A stretch of DNA of 62,948 nt, counting the filler. It is 16 parts of 16 records of this genome, joined end to end, with 100 filler letters (N's around TTAATTAATTAA, not from the genome) between each part and the next. Parts side by side here need not be neighbours in the genome. Positions count along the whole stretch, not along the records: positions 56,770 to 58,933 come from SRR11831586_496; positions 59,034 to 62,948 come from SRR11831586_506; 14 more parts are not named here. The stretch is one strand, 5' to 3'. The notes beneath the pieces were generated by a model. That model saw only the letters and a list, made by a program, of their open reading frames with translations. It was not told the origin of the DNA and ran no database searches. The first letter of the stretch is position 1, and the number at the start of each line of letters is the position of its first letter. The translations under genes were made by a program, and so were the position numbers. This document shows positions 56,853 to 62,948 of this stretch, piece after piece.

Positions 56853-58868
56853 CAGTTTGCAGGGCATGGCCGCACGCAGACTAGAAGGATCGTTCTCTTT
56901 GGTAAACACGCAGGAGAGACTGTCGATCGTGATGCGTGTGCCCATAGCCTGTAACAGAGTAACAGACACGGAAACGTGAACGACAGATCAGACACGTGGA
57001 ATCGCACAAACATGTAGAACATTAGAATACAATTACATAGCCACAATCACTCACATCTGCGGCAGACACACATACACACACACAAACCCCACACACTTAC
57101 ACGCACACACACATACGTACACACACACAAACACACTGAACACGGCCGTACCTCCTCCTCCTTGAACACAACGTGGCTGGCACCGTCCACCAGAATCAGC
57201 AGACCACCGTCACGCAAGGGACGCAGTTCCACGTCAACTTCACTCTCGTTCATGCACAGCGTGAAACTACATACACACAAAACGGTGAGCATCTAAACAA
57301 AAAATGTTCGACGACACAAGAGCGAACACAACTGAGTATCAAGCGAGGAGCAACTTCAGAGAATCACACAAACATGTATGCAAGAAGCGCGCACCTATTG
57401 GGTCCACTGCGCACCACCAGCACACAGTACTTGCGGTTGTCAAGAATGATGTCAAACGGGAACTCCACCTGAAGCAGATCCACGGCGGGTACCTGACCGC
57501 GCTCGAGGAGGGCTGTGTGATCCGCCAGCATGGACATCGCATGCGTGTGCGCCTGTGTCAGCACATAAACATCAGCACAATGACGGTGCGACACCACACG
57601 ACCGCTACTGCTGCACCATTCAAGGCCAAATCTTGCACAACACAAGTATATCCCACGCACACAGGCGACAGACGTACCTTGGCCACAGCGCCGCAAATCA
57701 CCGCCAGAATGGGGTCGGGGCGCTCAGCCGTCATCCGCTGTGCAATAAGACCATCCAGCCAGCTGTTGTCAACCAGGCTGTTCACAAAGATGTCCGCTTC
57801 AAGTAACTTCTGCAGGTACTTGTATGTGGTGTGGATCTCGCCTCTATACAGATTGTCATCAGAAAACAGAACGCGATCATTGAGAGACATAACGCCACCG
57901 AGTGGATCAACGTGGGGACAATACAGTCTAACGACTGGTTTGGCACAAAGAGCACTGTTTGAAAGTGGCAAAACACGCAAACAGGCAAACACGTGACCGT
58001 GTGAGCACATACCGAATCGAAAGACCCTTCAACGCAAGAACCAGATTGCGGCGTGCGATTTCACGCGTGGCACCACGGGCAAACACGTGTCCGATTTGCG
58101 AATCCGCAAACTCATGCACGGCACCCCACGCCTAGCAGTGGGTACGTAAGCATTGGTGCGCGCAACCAGCAAAGCGCCTCGGAACAGTCCCCATATAATC
58201 GCACCTCGTAACACACACACAAATGCACCACAGGGATGGGATGAACTGCTGAAAGTCCGACGCACCTTCATGCCAAAATATCCCCACACGTTGGGCACGT
58301 TGCGGAAGTTGAGCTCATGCACCACACCGGTCGTCGGTTTGAAGCCTTCGTCGGGATCCTCGGCCTTTCGAAAACCAAACAACATCAGCATACACGACCA
58401 CACAAACAGAACGGAACGAAGATGCACCAGGGAGACCACGATTACATCAAGTCACATAACCAAACCATCTCGTGCGACGACACACATACCGTAATGCGTG
58501 CGGCAATGCAGTGCTCCTTGGGCGCGGGAGGTCTGACAGCAGAGAAGTCGATGGGTGTCATCGGATTGACGTCAAACCCGTACAGGCGGCGAATGTCTGG
58601 GATACTGCGCCATGCAAGAAGAGCACATGAGCGGAGAACCAAGCAGTGTTGTCACTTGTCTCACATACCGCCACAGGGGAAGACCCATGGCCACTTGCAC
58701 CTGACAAGCCGGCAAATTGACACCGGTAATCATCTCGGTGACCGGATGCTCGACTTGCAGGCGCGGGTTGAGCTCCAGGAAACAGTAGGTGTCGTCCTTC
58801 ATGTACAGGTACTCTATGGTGCCTGCCCCCACATAGCCGACCGCTTGTGCCAGACGCACTGCGCCAAG
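56853..58868 (-). CDS. ACC1: eukaryotic acetyl-CoA carboxylase, internal fragment (end of biotin carboxylase to start of BCCP; 8 exons)
   Basis: [55 protein letters not shown] and KENDPSSLR motifs. Confidence 0.93.
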
Positions 58869-59464
58869 CTGCAGCCACAACAATGAGCCGTCATACATAC
58901 TGCAACGACTGCACACAGACAACCACAGCAGAGNNNNNNNNNNNNNNNNNNNNNNNNNNNNNNNNNNNNNNNNNNNNTTAATTAATTAANNNNNNNNNNN
59001 NNNNNNNNNNNNNNNNNNNNNNNNNNNNNNNNNGGGGGGACCATTTGCGCTGGAGACATGTCCCAGCCGGAAGCGTGCGGCGTGTATGGCGATTTGTTCA
59101 GGATCCCGATGGATATGAAAGATCGCGAGAGAGAGGAACGGGTCTGTCGAGCCGAGCTAGTTTCCTTTTCGTTAAGTCTGTCCCTTCGGAGGTTTGTCGG
59201 AAGGAGCGGAAGAGCGAAGGGCCGGATAGCACTAATAATGTAAACTGACACCGCTTGTCAACCGAGCGCCTAAAAAAAAAAGGGAAGGGAACTGGTAGGA
59301 GCGCACCAAAGTCACGGAAACGCAGGAAGGGATGCAGAGATTGTCTGAGAGGCTGAGACGTGATGTACAGGACAGATTAACCGTCATGGCGCTGGCAAAT
59401 TGCGAGCGGATAAAAATAGGAAATCTAAGAAGGACGGAAGTTCGAAACGCAGTTATACAGCATG

Positions 59465-62717
<3,253 letters not shown>

Positions 62718-62948
62718 CTACACTCACGCACACACCGGACCGTCAGCCGCAACAGAAACGGACCGACTGCAGCCGAGCAAACACAGAGCGAACACGGGAT
62801 GGTGCAAGAAGACGCAACTACCACACAGAACACCATAATCCAGCGAGTCAAACAGGCTCCCAATACGGCACACATACACTCGACCAATACATCGCCGATC
62901 GCGGCCGTATACTCCCCAACACAGACACACACACAAACACACACACAC

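Noticed and set aside
59034..59248. Possible 3' end of a plus-strand gene convergent with MCM9
   Set aside because: A short open frame at a contig edge with no identifiable motif; I cannot support a call.

Overview
This window is not one locus. It is 16 short contigs joined by 15 artificial 100-nt spacers (44 N + TTAATTAATTAA + 44 N), so adjacency across a spacer means nothing. Seven contigs are E. coli K-12-like chromosomal pieces from unlinked loci: yhjG-pdeH-kdgK-yhjJ; pdeL-yahBCDEFG; gltA-sdhCDAB; ppsA-fadK-ydiTS; manA-ydgA; ampH-sbmA-yaiWYZ-ddlA; artJMQIP-ybjPQ-amiD-ybjS. Nine contigs come from an intron-rich eukaryote with GT-AG introns, CTRAC branch points, TG-rich intron bodies and the standard code. 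I cannot name it; a protist grown with, or cloned in, E. coli fits. Hand-splicing the eukaryotic contigs gives an ACBP-like+TPR protein, a CCDC6-like protein, a membrane-anchored multicopper oxidase, an F-box/WD40 gene running into GH31 alpha-glucosidase exons, a 3-exon orphan resembling the Tse2 ADP-ribosyltransferase toxin family, GINS Psf2, NOL6/Utp22, a Furry/Tao3-like protein, an IPT/TIG-repeat protein, acetyl-CoA carboxylase and MCM9. The best leads are: (1) a possible in-frame F-box-WD40-GH31 fusion, which may instead be a misassembly; (2) the spliced Tse2-like gene; (3) a three-domain super-repeat in the IPT/TIG array; (4) an IS10 end just upstream of the pdeL promoter. None is proven. 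All family calls come from motif recognition by eye, with no database search.
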